Shown piece by piece: positions 12,926 through 26,530 of a DNA stretch of 64,000 nt. Positions within the stretch are counted from its first letter, which is position 1. Every line of letters begins with the position of its first letter. Source of the stretch: Botryllus schlosseri (taxonomy: Eukaryota). Both the position numbers and the translations under genes were made by a program. The stretch covers positions 22,694,001-22,758,000 of the forward strand of contig CM119371.1 of assembly GCA_051294905.1 (NCBI GenBank), given 5' to 3'. The notes under the pieces are model-generated. The model saw nothing but the letters and a program-made list of their open reading frames with translations. It was not told the origin of the DNA and made no database searches.

Positions 12926-15020
12926 TACAATTATTGACGACAGTGGTCAGTGTATACACTGTACACGTGTACAATTATCAATTTAATTTAAAGTATGATA
13001 CTTATAATACGACTGAGCTGTTTTTTTTTATCTAGCCATACATCGCAATTATGAGCTTTCAGTCAAAATAGCTTCATTGATTATCTCCAAAAGACCAGAA
13101 CCATGGCAAATCCCAAATCAGTGCCCTGCAGAGTTAAGTAATGTTATTATTGATGTTTCGGAAAGCAACTCTGACCTAAACAAACCGAATTTTGACCAAA
13201 TTTTCGACCTAACGTATGCAAATTAGGTGTTTTCCCACATAATGTTAAAATTGTACCACTTATATTCATTTCTGGTTGGAACCGGTTGTCCTAACGAAGT
13301 AGTCTGACCTGGAAAAGCGTTTCTGACTTAGAAACAGGCCACATTTTTAATGAAAAAAAAACAAACAATATTTTAACGAAGTCTGGCCCTATGAAGAATT
13401 CCAGTGGTTACAAGACTTATTATGGTAGTAATATTAAAAAAAAAATTGAAGTACAACGAGAGATACTTTACTACATTCTTTGGTAGAAAGTGCCACGGAC
13501 GTTCGACAGCAGCAGTTGCTGGCTGACAACACTCAAGTTGTGTGTACACTGCTGGTGACACACCATGTTACTTCATTCTGAAAATGTTGTCACCGTAGCA
13601 TGATTTTAATAATAAATAATATGGATAGTGAAATATTTTTAGTGTCGCCCTATACAAGCCTACATCATCATAGGTATTTTGTGTTTATGCCAAAGACTAT
13701 GTACAACACATTGTCGGTTGAGGAAAAGACTTGTCATCGTATAAATGGAAACATTTGGGAGTTTGTTGCTCTACTTTGAAGAATGAAATCGCGCCCAACA
13801 TACTTTACCTCCTACAGATACGATCAAGATGTTTACCTCCTATATACCTGGAATGCAGAACATACGGCGTGGCGGTCGGTTCCGGCCGGTCAGGTAATTT
13901 CACCGTCACGCATTTCGATGATGGGTAAATGAAATAAATGCTTGCATTATCCAGCACATCAAAATTTCAAACTTTTAAAAAGAAGCAGTTCCGCGTAAGT
14001 AATCCCCCATGAGCGCAAATGTCGAACGTACTCATGAAGTCACATGTGGTTGATCTCCACTCTATTCAATGTTAGTAGCAAGTCAATAACATCGCTACCA
14101 ACTTACGAGAAATGTGCAAAGAGCACGCGAAAGTTTCAGGAAAACGGAACCGAAAGTAAGCGAAATCGCTAATCGTGACCGTGATATGCAAGTTACATAT
14201 ATGTTACACCCTGGTCGCAATACTGTGTAAGTTTATATACAAAAGTTCCCTGGATTAGACAATGTCATTTGCTAATGCATCCAATAATGCGAAACATCAA
14301 CGTATGTCTGCTAAGGGAATACATCTACTCATACCCTAATGTTCCTTATAGTGTGGTGAGTCTGTTCAGCGCGGATGTTCCAAAACCTCGTCTTATCCAT
14401 CTCGTAACTGAAAATCGAACCTGCTGATACCCGAAAGATGATTTCAGAAGAATAACGAACCAATTCAACTCGAAAAGTTCACATTTATGGTTATATCTCT
14501 TGTATTCCGCAAAACGCGTATACGCTGGGTGAACGACGCGTCAGTACCGAATCAATTTGAAACTAGAATATTGGCGAAAGGTATTTCGTGGCCTGGGTAA
14601 CCAACTTGCACCAACTTCCTCCTTATTAATGAAATTCATCTCGATATTAAATTATCCAACCTCAAATCCCATTCCCTATTGCCTTTCTAATGGCTCAACA
14701 AATCAATTGCCTTTCTTACCCGCGCAGTGGATCAAAATAGATTCGACCAGCTATTACGGATTCTTCGTATTTACCAATTTGAAAGTCTAATTCATCAGTC
14801 GACAATGCGGACACTTGCATTGGAAGCGAAGCATACCGAATACCAAGTAGTTCATACCGGCCTTATTAAAAATGTCGTGTTTGTTTTGCGAAGACCTCGG
14901 TTCCGTAAGTCGACATGCCATTCAAGTTAACATGACCATGAATCTGCGGCGCGAAAATAAGCGCATTGGATCCTTCTTCAGCGGAAGCGGTGTCAGCATG
15001 TCCATCGTCACCGCATTTAC

Positions 15021-15054
15021 CTGGGATATCTAGAATTATATCTAGATATCCCTG
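15021..15054. mobile_element. 34-bp hairpin micro-element (same family as 8462 and 23201)
   Basis: ctgggatatctagaattatatctagatatccctg; TSD degenerate. Confidence 0.6.
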
Positions 15055-16503
15055 CGTATATACGAATATATTGTCTCGTGACGTAACAGTCGAATGGCAG
15101 CGGAAACGAGCTTTTGAAATGTATTCTGTTGTTAGGTGGCTTAGAACGACGTTATGGTGACGTCACTGTTTTTGCGACCTCAAATGGCATATTTCCAGTT
15201 GCACCTCATCATAAATGCTTTCATATATATTTGTGAATCATAACTTCGACGAAAATCATTTTGACAACGCCACGCACCTCAAAGAATTACCAAAAGAATG
15301 AATACGCGTTGCATTGTGTTACATTCTCTAGACGCGGTGATACGGCCAATCTAGGGGTATATATAGTCTTGGGCCAAGACAAAATATTGAAACGATTATT
15401 GTTGTTAATAAAAATAATACTAGGCGCAGAGAGCGCATAAAGTTAGCAATCGACAAAACTAGCCCCTCGATTATTCGGCTCCAATAATTAAAACGAATAG
15501 TCGAATCTGGTTTGAATAATCGAATCATTGTACCTATAATATATCCCGAGTAATGAGTCCCTTTGTTACTTAGGTGTTACATGAAATTTCAACTCCCTAT
15601 ATACACATCTTTACTGTCTACCAATCCTACACGGGTACCCACATAAATTCCTATTCAAAGTTGGCTTGCAGGAAATCTCGCAATGAACACCTTAGAGAGA
15701 AGCCAACTCAAATTGATATCATGATAATATGGTATGGAGGGTGGAAGAATAGAAATGTCCCAATTCAAAAAAACTTAGGATGAGGTAATCTAAAGGGCAG
15801 TAATTGGGGAGAAGCGATAATAATTATATACTGAGACGGACTGAATTGTTCTCTAATACGCTCCCTTCGATGCAGGATGTCTGGCGGCAAACCAGTTATA
15901 GACGGTTACCGTCTTTTGTACTGATAACTTCTATTGATACACGTGCATCAAGCTATATGTCAACCATATTAACTGCATATAGCCCGCTCAAATTGCAGGT
16001 TGACTACGGAAAAACGAATTTCGTGGATGTCGAAAAGAGCAGACATGTCCAATCTCCCCCCTACACGTTTCACCTAATCTGAGATATACTATTACAGTAC
16101 TATTTCATGGATGGCTTATATCGATACACATGTATCCAGCCCTTTACAAATTATTTCATGTTTGCAAAAACTGTTCCAAGTGTAGGTTGAATATCGAAAA
16201 ACATTTTACGCGGCTAACGGCCTCGGCAGGCATGTTTGATTTTTCAGTAACACGCTTGCGATAAGGCAACATATCATTTGCTGTTATGAGAGTAGTCGTA
16301 AATTATATCCGCCGATAGCTGTGATTCATACCAATTCAATACTAACAAAATCTTGGATATTGATGTTGTACAAGATTGCCACTGTGACTAGTAAGGTCGT
16401 GCAAATATACTCAAAGATTATGTCGTAATTCAGCTGGCTAGTGCATGTAATAATGTGACAGAAACAGCGATGCCATCCGATTTCGATATCATAGGCTTTA
16501 GCT

Positions 16504-17948
16504 CAGTGGTTCTCAACCTTTTTGGCTTCGCGGACCCCTTTTGACCGTCACGGATCCTCGCGGACCCCCTTAAGGTTTAGTTCAATCTTAGCTCTTTTAT
16601 GGTGCAACCTTCATCTGTCTTGTGCAAATATGAACTGCAGGCTTGTGATAAACAGCAAAATCATGATTTTTCTTGAAAATACCATCATACTATTTATTAG
16701 AGATCGGTAGACTTTTATTATTTATTATTTTGCTGCTGTGTTTCTTGAAGCACGTGGTCGTGTCTTGAAAATCTGCGTCTTCGTTTTGATATGAACAAGG
16801 AGTGCCGAAAACCATTTCCGCAAAGATATAGATGGAGGATAATGCAGTATAACGCATAACGCATCCGACGATACTTTTGGTGTGATCACAACATTTATGG
16901 CAAAAAATGAAGAAAAATATATTTTATGGACATGTCACGTCCAGCATCTAGCGCTGTGACGGGCAACATACGGACCACCGCGACGGCATTTTGATCGACC
17001 CGCAGAAAGTTTCTACCGTCAAAGTGAAATCCTAATCTAATAGTATAGACAAATTTTATGCGCCAAATAATGGAACCAAGTTTTCCAACCTGAGAAAGAC
17101 TGTCATGAAACGACTTGTTCTGTTCGGCTTTACATATATATTTAGGAGCAAATATTTTCGACCATGAACAATTGAACATTAACAAGACAAGGCTGCATAC
17201 CAATATAACTGGTGATATAAATTTCAGGGTTGGAGCGTGATGCTTTGATAGCAACGAAACACTCATTGTTCACCAAAAAAAATCAGCTTTGACGATCCGC
17301 AATAAGAATGCGCCAAATCTGATAGCCGAGCTTTAAGAGCAGGTATATCATCGTCCGATTTATGACGAGCGTCAGCCGAAAATAACCGGGTTCATTTCAA
17401 TATGAAGATACTATCCAATTGTATATTGAAGTTCTGTACCTCCAAGAAGCTGTTCAAATAGTGGTTAACTATATATCACAGGATAAAATGGATTTTGTGG
17501 CGAGGTTTCAATCCCTGCATTGGGACAAATTAAAGAAATACTTCGGATATTTTTATTTCAAACGACTGTTCAGTGTTCACTAATTTGATGAGACTGACAA
17601 CTTCAAATCGAGAAGACATTACGAAGTCACCCTGATTGACGTTACCATCTCCATATTTTTATTTTGTCAATAAACCGCAACAAAACGTCTCTAAACAACA
17701 ATATGTTTGTATCAGCAGGTTATCAAAAAATTGGCAATGAAAATGAATTTCCACACTACGATAGTTCATGTCGGACGATTATTATGATGATATGAGTCAT
17801 GAGGTTTTAGCAGTCGTGGTGCGAAACTGCCTCATGCTTTCTCAAATTAAAAAATAAAATAAGAATTACGTTATCAACCATTTCTGAAATTCAGAGGTCT
17901 CGCGGACCCCCTGAAATTGCTTCGCGGACCCCCGGTTGAGAACCGCTG
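16504..17948. mobile_element. Non-autonomous hAT element
   Basis: TIRs cagtggttctcaacc / ggttgagaaccgctg; perfect TSD ctttagct; cgcggacccc subterminal repeats. A partial third copy starts at ~49290. Confidence 0.92.
17363..17458 (+). mobile_element. 5'-truncated Penelope-like 3' repeat fragment nested in the hAT element
   Basis: Near-identical to 23858-23950 (tgacgag.gtcagccgaaaata...ccaagaagct.ttcaa). Confidence 0.75.
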
Positions 17949-19176
17949 CTTTAGCTGTTCCCATCCATGATATGGGCAGATCATATTAGTATATTGACAC
18001 CAAAACTTGCAATGTTTCATATTGGTATGAATAGAAACATTACCGTATTGCACAGAAACGACGAAAGCGTGTCACCTATATAATGAGACAATTTGTTAGG
18101 ATTGTGTTAGGCCGTTGCAAATTAGTTATTTATATCTATAAAATGTTATATAGACAACAATATGTGCTATGAAAACACAAACACGAAAGTGAGTGGCTGA
18201 AAAGTGGCTGCCACGTGCGCCTCATCGACACGAGGTATGAGTCATCATACGCAAACCACCAACTTCCAGCGCGAGTGAGCAGTATATCAGAAGTCATATC
18301 TACAAAACTACATGCCGGATGCAAGTCATTCAGAGCTCTTTGGAGAGATAACATCGCCCTGAAGTCATTCAAGCAATCATCAGGACATATTACGGTGTAA
18401 AAATGACGTCACAGCCAATTGAATTACCGTCTTCTGTCCTGGGGAGAAAGCGGAACACATGGTGGTATAAATCATGACCTATGGTCTTTGAATCAATATA
18501 ATTAGCTAAGCTGGTTGTGCATTGAAATATGGCATCCGGCAATGTTTTGGTGGTCGGTTCAAGTCCCGTGGTTCCGAGTTTATGAACATCTTCGTGTACC
18601 CGTTCAAATTTTGGCATTGAGGCCTGCTGTTCCAGGAAGGTTAACTTTTGCAAACTTGGTGCAACTCGCTTCTTCCTTTACATACTCATCAGTTAGTAAC
18701 TTTTTCTGATATATAGTCATTTTCTTTACTGCTTCACTCCTCTGACATACTACAATTAATCCATAAATTCATGCTGATACAACAATCGGCATAAGTCACA
18801 CAAGATCAACACCATATACATTTGCAAATACCCTATAACCAGTCCGCTGCAGTCCCTGTTACTTCAAATCATGTCAAAGTCAATGGGAAGTGAAATACCT
18901 TCACGGATACGTCTATAGGTGTGGTTAGAGATGGTTCAAGTGTTTTTGTTCTACATCTCACAAATACTTATTTATTTATCTTCTCTATTATTCTGAAAAA
19001 CTTCTTTGTCCACTAATCGCGAAACTTGGACGCGTTTTTTCCTATTCACAGTGTGTTTTAGGCCATGAGCAGTATGATTCAGTTGATACATTGTATATAT
19101 TCTATAATTGCTTATGGTGAGTATTGACATGGAGGTATATCCTAATGACATTTATTACTGTGCGATTACATTAACG

Positions 19177-19745
19177 CAGTGGCTCCAAACCTTTTTGTCT
19201 TCATTCCCCACTTCAGATTTATTCCGAGTGTTCATTCCCACTACCCAAAACTCATATACCCTTAAGAATGGCCCTGTCGATGGTGAGTGATACCTGCTTA
19301 TATAGCCACAGGGCTCTTTAAAATAAGGTAACAACATTTTGAGATCCCAAAAAGAAGACACCTTTTATAAATTCTGAAAGCTCCAAGAAAACTGGTGACT
19401 TTGAAAATCCTTCGACCAATAGTATGGTGCTGACTAAAAATAAGTCATCACTTCGACTCGGCTCGCGTTTTTGTACGAAACTCTGATGTTCGCCGCGTCG
19501 GAGTCGCATTTTTCGTGGCATTTAAATCGTTTTTAGAGAAAAAGGGCAAATTCCGCAAAAATAGGACATTTAGCGCTTTCAATTAATAAATTTCGATACA
19601 TACATTCCAAAGCAGTTAACTGGTAACGGTAGTCGCTCATGTGTTTCCGTAAATGTGTAGACTATCCTGTATAAGTGTACATAATATTCAACAAATGCGT
19701 CTATTCCCCACCAGTGGGGAATTCCCCACCGGTTGGGAACCACTG
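19177..19745. mobile_element. hAT MITE
   Basis: TIRs cagtggctccaaacc / ggttgggaaccactg; TSD cattaacg/catcaacg. Confidence 0.85.
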
Positions 19746-20009
19746 CATCAACGGTAATTAATACACAATCTAAATTGCTTTGAAGATTCGATTGCATCAC
19801 TGCAATCAGTAGAAAATACGACATGATACCGATACAGTGGAAAGATGAGTAGCATTAGAAACGGTTTCGTGAACTCAATTCAACATCCACGTAGTTCTAC
19901 GTATAGCAATATAAAATGGAAAAATCAGGTAACGCTCATCGACCGAGAGTTGAATAACTATATCCGAAAATGAAAGCCCAACGGAAATGTTAAGGTATAG
20001 AAGCTTTTT

Positions 20010-20125
20010 TGTTTGTGGTATTGATGGTGTTTATGGTATTCATGGTGTTTTAGGCTTTAATCAGACACCGCTTATCCGGAACACGTCACGCGGAGGAGCC
20101 TAGATAATCTTTCCAAGCTAGGAAT
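20010..20125 (-). mobile_element. 3' fragment of a tRNA-derived SINE family
   Basis: Shares ggaggagcctagataa and ggtattcatggtgttt with the 46555-46836 SINE. Confidence 0.55.
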
Positions 20126-23100
20126 TATGGAGTCAACTTCTGCATCGATCCAGCACCCCATTGGTGTTGCTCATAAATCGTATAAAAAACAAAATAGCTC
20201 CATAGATTATCTCCAGAACCATAGCAAATTTGAAGACACAAATCCATGGATCTATTCGTGACCGGTGTATTGCAAACTCCCCCCAACCTGTCTAACTGGG
20301 TTTGCATGACCGGATGTTGTAACATTTTCGTTCCTATATCGCCTCCAATCGGCCCCTTCGGTATTTCCACCCTATTGTTTATCCAATTCGCCCACTGGGG
20401 GTGGTATCGCGCACGTTGGGACCAACTGGGTTATATAGTGAAATAGTTTTAGTGTCGCCTTATACAAGCCCTACATCACAAGTGTTATTGTGTGTTTATG
20501 TCACTATACGTACAGTACCATGCCAAATAGCGAAGAAGACTAGCCGTCGCATAAATGCAAATATTCGGGAATTTGTCGCCCTATATAAGCCCTACGTCAT
20601 CATTGTTATTTTGTATTTATGTGAAACACTATGTACAGTACATTGCCAAATAGCGAAAAAGACTGGGAATCGCATAAATGCATATATTTGAGAGTTGGTT
20701 GCCCTTTAAAGAAAGAATTTGCGTCAGACATGCTTCATCTCCTACAGAAACCAGTAGCACGTTTACTGCCTATGTATACCCGCAATACAAAACATACGGC
20801 TTGGCGGCCGGTACCGGCCAGTCGGGTAATTTCATCGGCCCGCGAATCGATGATCAGTAAACAAAATTGATGTTCGTATTATCCAACATACCGCGATCAA
20901 AATTTGAAACTTTTAATAACAGACAATTCCACGTAAATAATTCCCCCTGACCGCAAATGTAGAACATACTCATGAAGCCACATTGCATCTGCTCTCCACT
21001 ATAGTCAGTATTAGTAACAGGACTGTTGAAAAAAATTCTGGTAAATTTACTAGCCTCAGGATGGACAGCAGTTTTACCTGCTCTAGTAACCTTGATATTA
21101 AACATTATTGATATTTATATATTCTTTGCATCAGCATTGATAACCAGAATTCGTGCTCGGGAAAGTTTCCAGAGAAAAATAACGGAAAGTTGGCTATTCA
21201 CAGAGTCGGAATCGTCAACGTTAAACCGTCATATGCAAATTACATGGTGCTGCTCGAAGATTATAATGCAACTATGATTAGCCATACAGCTATATAAGTT
21301 TTGATGCCAAATCCTCCCAGCATTATAAAATGTTATTTGCCGTATTCTATCCATTATTAAATGTACACTTTCAAGGTATCTCTGCATAGGTAAGAGATTT
21401 CTTCACCCACTTATAATTGTAGTGTGGTGAGTTTGTTCAGTACGGACGTTCAATAACCTCGTCTTATTCCGTAACTGAAAATTGAATCTGTTGAATCCCG
21501 AGTGATGGTTCAAGAAAAGCGAACAAAACCAAACTGAAAAAGTCCCCGTTCATGGTTACATCTTTAGTCTTCCGCAAACGCATATACGCAGGCCAAGGAC
21601 GCATCACGACAAAATCATTTGGAATCAAGATTACGATGAATCTTGATGCACGTACCGTCCTGTTCCTCGAATAACTTAACCTTCTCGCATATGTCTGATT
21701 ATGAATATAATTTCCTTCGATGTTATATTGTCGAACATCAGACTCATTTCCCATTGCCTTTCTAATGATCCAATCAATCTACGCGAGAATGCGAATCGCC
21801 CTTTCAACCCGCGCTGGCCGCGCAACAGGTCAAAAGATGATACAAAACCGGCTTTCGGCGGCTATGGATTCCCTTTTTGTATCATCTTCAAATCCTTATT
21901 CAAAGTTACCGTTAGGGACAGTGTCATTGGAAGCGAAGCATACAGAATTGCCGCTGATCCTTCTGTTGAATGAATTTCAAGTCAACGTAACGATGAATAT
22001 GTTATAGTATCAAATGCGAATCTTCATTGAAATTGGTGTCAAGATGCCCATGTCAACCTCGATTATATACATTGTAACCGCATTTACTGGCAGCTTACAC
22101 TATGACTGCTGGTATGTGAATGAATATAACGAATTATTGTTATTGACTGTATGCAACAAATATTGTATTTGGAAGTAACTTTGTCATACTTTGTTTGATT
22201 GCGCTGACGAGCTATTGGGTTATGCAGCAATCGTCAGTGGTTTTAAAACGACATTATTGTGAATTATAATGTCACTGTTATGGCTGTTACGACCGGACTG
22301 ATTCGATTCATAGCGTTCAAGTTGAAATATGAAACTCTAATGCGACCTCAAATGACATAGCCTATTGCCTGTTGCACTCCGCCAGAAATGATTTCCCATA
22401 GATTTGTGATCTGTGAAGCATTGTGATATAACACCATGGTTTGATCAGCGTGTAAAATAATTATTATTTTCGTAGCAATATGTAGCCTTATGTGAGATGT
22501 TGCGCATGCTCCGATACGGCCTATCTAGGTCTCGCGACTATGCTGATGGTAAACATGGAAACTATAATTGACGCTGATAATATATTTTATATATATATTA
22601 TATTATATATATATATATATTGCTAGTCGCAGGGGTCGCATATATTCGGCATTAGATGAAACTGGCACGCGTTATTATTCCCGAACAATTAAAATACATA
22701 GTGCATTCGGGTTTGAGTACTCGAATTATAGTATGTATTCCCGGTTATAGTCACTTTGTTACATAAACTTTAGAACTGAGTTGTTATATGTCATTTGAAC
22801 TGCCTATCTCTACCTCTTTATTTCCTACCAAGCGCGTACGCGTACCCACAAAACATTTTGTCGAAGTTTTCCAGCACAAAATCTCGAAATCTACGTATGA
22901 CAGTGATAACAAGACATGTAGGAAGTACAGGAGTATCCAAACTCAGGGTGAATTAGGATGAGGGAGTCAATAGGGAAAACTTTGACGTACGGCGAAGCAA
23001 TAATGAATATCCTTGTCCGTCTCTTATCTCAGACGTGACGCGACCCCCTCTATATCCTAATAATATATGTAACTGTCACTTGTCAGTTATTTTTCACGAT

Positions 23101-23200
23101 ATATCGTTGTTAATGCTTCACTAGCCTGACACAATCCCCAAAATCACACTGACGCAAAAATCGACACAAACTACAGAAGATCCACGCAGTACACCTTCGC

Positions 23201-23228
23201 CAGGGATATCTAGTTTTAGATATCCCTG
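23201..23228. mobile_element. 28-bp TIR-only hairpin micro-element
   Basis: cagggatatctagttttagatatccctg; TSD accttcgc/acgttcgc. The paralogous site at ~34721 has a single acctgcgc and no insert. Confidence 0.8.
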
Positions 23229-23515
23229 ACGTTCGCAAATACGAGCCCACCAATCCGTCGTATTTGCTCCTTTAAATATCGCCAATAGACAATTAATTAC
23301 CACCACTCGAAGTTCTACGTGTGGATTAAGTTGGTTGAAAGGTTTTTTGCAAATACTCCTATTTATTTATCTTATTAATTATCCAGAAGATCTTCTTTGT
23401 TCGCCAAGCTCGAAGCTCGTAGCTGCCTAATCATTAGCATGATCAGTTGTGTGAGCAGTATATGATTCCGTAAATACATTTTATGTAAGCAATTTCCTGA
23501 TGGTGACGAATTACA

Positions 23516-23950
23516 CTCATCCACTTAGGATTGATGCTGATCGATCAAAGGCCATTAATTCTGCCATCGGCAAACATCTGTTGGATAATCCGATTTGTGC
23601 GAATAATTATCGAGACGACCGATTTCGAATCGTAGGTCGAGGTCGTTCACAATTCCATTTGTGTGCCTTGGAATCAACTTTTATCAAAATACACCAACCA
23701 AAACTCTGTCAACAAAAGGAGTTCGTGTATCACCTAAAAATAGTACATTGAACGTTCTCTCATTCGAAATTTCATGCTGGTGACGTCATATTTTGTGATA
23801 CGATTGTTGATATACAATGTTCTTTCCAATTCTCTACTAGTTGCTGACGATTACCCCTGACGAGTGTCAGCCGAAAATATTCGGGTTCATTTCAATATGA
23901 ATATACTATTTAATTGTATATTGAAGTTCTGTTCCTCCAAGAAGCTCTTC
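23516..23950 (+). mobile_element. 5'-truncated Penelope-like retroelement (GIY-YIG endonuclease C-terminus plus 3' repeat)
   Basis: SAIGKHLLDNPICANNYRDDRFRIVGRGRSQFHLCALESTFIKIHQPKLCQQKE is typical of Penelope-like endonuclease tails. 7-bp TSD aattaca; empty site gataaattacatggtggc at ~34994. Confidence 0.85.
23853..23886 (+). ncRNA. Minimal type I hammerhead ribozyme
   Basis: accc-CTGACGA-G tgtcagc C-GAAA-atat-TC-gggt: complete core, stem I accc/gggt, palindromic stem III loop. Confidence 0.7.
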
Positions 23951-25702
23951 AATTACATGGTGGCACTTCCTGATGACTTATATTACCGTGTACTATTCTA
24001 GTTTTGTTGTTATTAAAGAAAATAAATTTCAACTCTTTATTATTGGAGACTGATTTTCATATCTCGATAATATATTCAAAGCTAGCTTATCACTATGCCT
24101 CGCCGATCTACTCAGAGACCTACTGTATATATATTGCAATTGCCTTCAACGATGCACTCAATTTATTCAATATTTCTATCAGTTCAAAACACAGCATAAT
24201 AGCGATCCAATTTAAAGATGGATAGGCTTCGGAACGAATTGGCTAACACAATGAAACATCCACTTATAGCTCTACGAATAGCAATAGAAAATGGAAAAAA
24301 TCAGGTAACCCATATTAAACGAGAGTTGAAAACAGTAGCCAAAAATGAAAGCCCAATATAGATGAAAGGGCATGCTTTGCTGAGCGGCGCAGGAGAGGCA
24401 AGGGTGTATGCAAGCATCATCTTGAATTTATTGTTTCTGTATTAGTCAGATGTATAACATAAGCGCATCAGTTTATTATATAAGTTACATAGCTAGCGTC
24501 CCGGCACGTCCAGGCATCCATTATTATCTAAGAACCTCAATATCAAGTCATCTCCATTGATCACGATACGTGTCAACAGTCACAAAAGATACAGAGAGAC
24601 TTGATGTTCATATAGATTTGCTTGATTTAGCATATATTGCCGTATATGCCAATATTGCTACATACCAGCACTGCGCGGGCCTTGTCAGGTGTATCAAATT
24701 AAAAATCTGCTTCAGCGACCCTAAAAATCACTAATTCGCAGCGGCGAAATTCTATATTGATTGCAGCAGAAAATTGGTATGGTGATCCCATTTTCGAGTT
24801 TTAACATAGTATCGACAAACGTCTATTACTATTGCCTGAAACGTCTCCGGATTTACCGTTGGCCGTGTGTCCATATAAGCCTCGGGTGAATGGATCTGTG
24901 AATTTGCAATGTCACATAACGTGCAGTATGCTACCCAGCATAGACAGAGCATTTAAGTAGCTCGTGGGTTAGTGGATATGTTTTCACAGAGTCCAATGAT
25001 GTAAACAGTGTTTGTCTTGTCGAAGGAGTTGCTACATAAATTGTGGTTAGTGAAAGGGTATTGCTTCATTGTGTGTTTACCATGCCATGAGTTGTTTGAT
25101 AGTTTATTTTGGCAACAGATCAAAACTAGACTATTCAGTTTAAATGCTGCAACGTCCAAACCTTTAAATCGCAATCATTAGTGTAGTAGGCCTATCACAG
25201 CATCCGATACATGCCTTCTGTTGCAAGGCACGATAGCGAAAATGAGACTTTTGTGAAGCCGCGATCAATACCCAATCAATAGTACAATGATGTAAATAAG
25301 ATCTAAAAAGATGGAAAACTATTCTTCAAAAAGTATTGGAATGGACGTTTCGCGAAAGTCGTATCCGCGTAAGGTCGATTTGACATCCTTATATCCGATC
25401 ATTATATCGCACTGTATCTCTCGTATGAACTTGTACATTGTGTTTTCATGCAGAACAACGCCGTAGATCGATTTGTTGCCTGACTGTAATCCGTCCCTGG
25501 GGGGCGATATCGCCCACGTTGGGAACCACTGCTTTAAACAGTGGCTCTAACGAAGATATAATTTGGAATATTTCCATACTGCCGCTGTATTAATTATGAT
25601 GTCTCATTGGCCCTACGTATTTGTGGAAGGAATACTAGAGATTGAATAACGCGGCTGCTAGAAATTTGGTCTGTTTCTCTGGAGACATGCGTTGAGACCT
25701 TT

Positions 25703-26109
25703 GGTTCTATACCGATACCGAGAAAACCATTACCGAGAACGGACATTACCGAGAATGCCATTACTGAGAATGGAAGTCACCGAGAATGAACATCACCGAG
25801 AAGGGTCATTACCGAGAATAGACACCACCGAGAATGGACATTACCAAGAATGGCCAATGTCAAGAATATAGCTTACTGGGACTGATGTTGTCGAGAAATT
25901 TATACCTGAGCATCGATACCGAATGCGGCAACGCCGTGATGCACTCACACGACCTGTGCATATGCATAACATGTCTGCATCGCATACATTGCATTCTCGA
26001 TACTGTCCATGCTCAGTGGTGTCCATTCTCGGTAATGTCCATTCTCGGTGGTGTCCTTTCTCGGTAATGGCATTCTCATTAATGGTTTTCACGGTATTGA
26101 CCGGACACC
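25703..26109. mobile_element. Foldback/Mutator-like non-autonomous element
   Basis: GG...CC termini; long inverted arms built from ~16-bp repeats (accgagaatggacatt); 9-bp TSD gagaccttt/gaggccttt; empty site at ~12688. Confidence 0.85.
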
Positions 26110-26339
26110 GAGGCCTTTTGGGTCAGCGCGGGGCCTACGTATCGTAACGTAGGCCCCGGTCAGCGCAAGGTAAACATAAGTGCTACCAAATATATTTGAA
26201 TTATATTTTCTGTGTAGCTCATTATATTTTACAACGGTTTCGCATTGTCATATCCGCATCCGTGAATACTATTATTTGGTCTATTTTTCCAAAAACTGTG
26301 AACTCAATTTGCACTCTTTGCCTTCTCAGAATGTCAGAG

Positions 26340-26530
26340 TTTGTTGCATACAATTCCGTACGCTCCACTTTACTTGATTCATCTGTACTTTTCGTGCGAC
26401 ACCGCACATGCAATGAGGTCAGCGATCAGGAGCCAAGATAAACCTCCGACACATAGAAGTAGCTCCGAACCGGGATTCGAACCACTGCGATTGGTCCCGA
26501 TGCGCTGTTGCTTAACCAACACGAACATGC
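26340..26530 (-). mobile_element. tRNA-derived SINE (degenerate)
   Basis: B box GGTTCGAATCCC on the minus strand, followed by GGAGGTTTATCTTGGCTCCT shared with the 46.7-kb copy. Confidence 0.65.

Larger units (their letters stand above)
13623..20000 (+). pseudogene. Copy 1 of a triplicated, decayed coding-like unit (unidentified), interrupted by MITEs
   Basis: Collinear blocks shared with 20434-25495 and 30670-38340; differences between copies are often synonymous in a + frame. Confidence 0.55.
20434..25495 (+). pseudogene. Copy 2 (most complete) of the triplicated decayed coding-like unit
   Basis: + frame peptides conserved between copies: RINANIxEFVAL, KHTAWRPVPA, IGSEAYRI, NYPEDLLCSPSSKLV, LDLAYIAVYA, KELLxKL...CFIVCLxCHELFDS. 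Many stops and frameshifts. Confidence 0.55.

Noticed and set aside
25713..26095. CRISPR-like array
   Set aside because: The repeats are contiguous without unique spacers, are inverted about the centre, and are bounded by a TSD in eukaryotic DNA.
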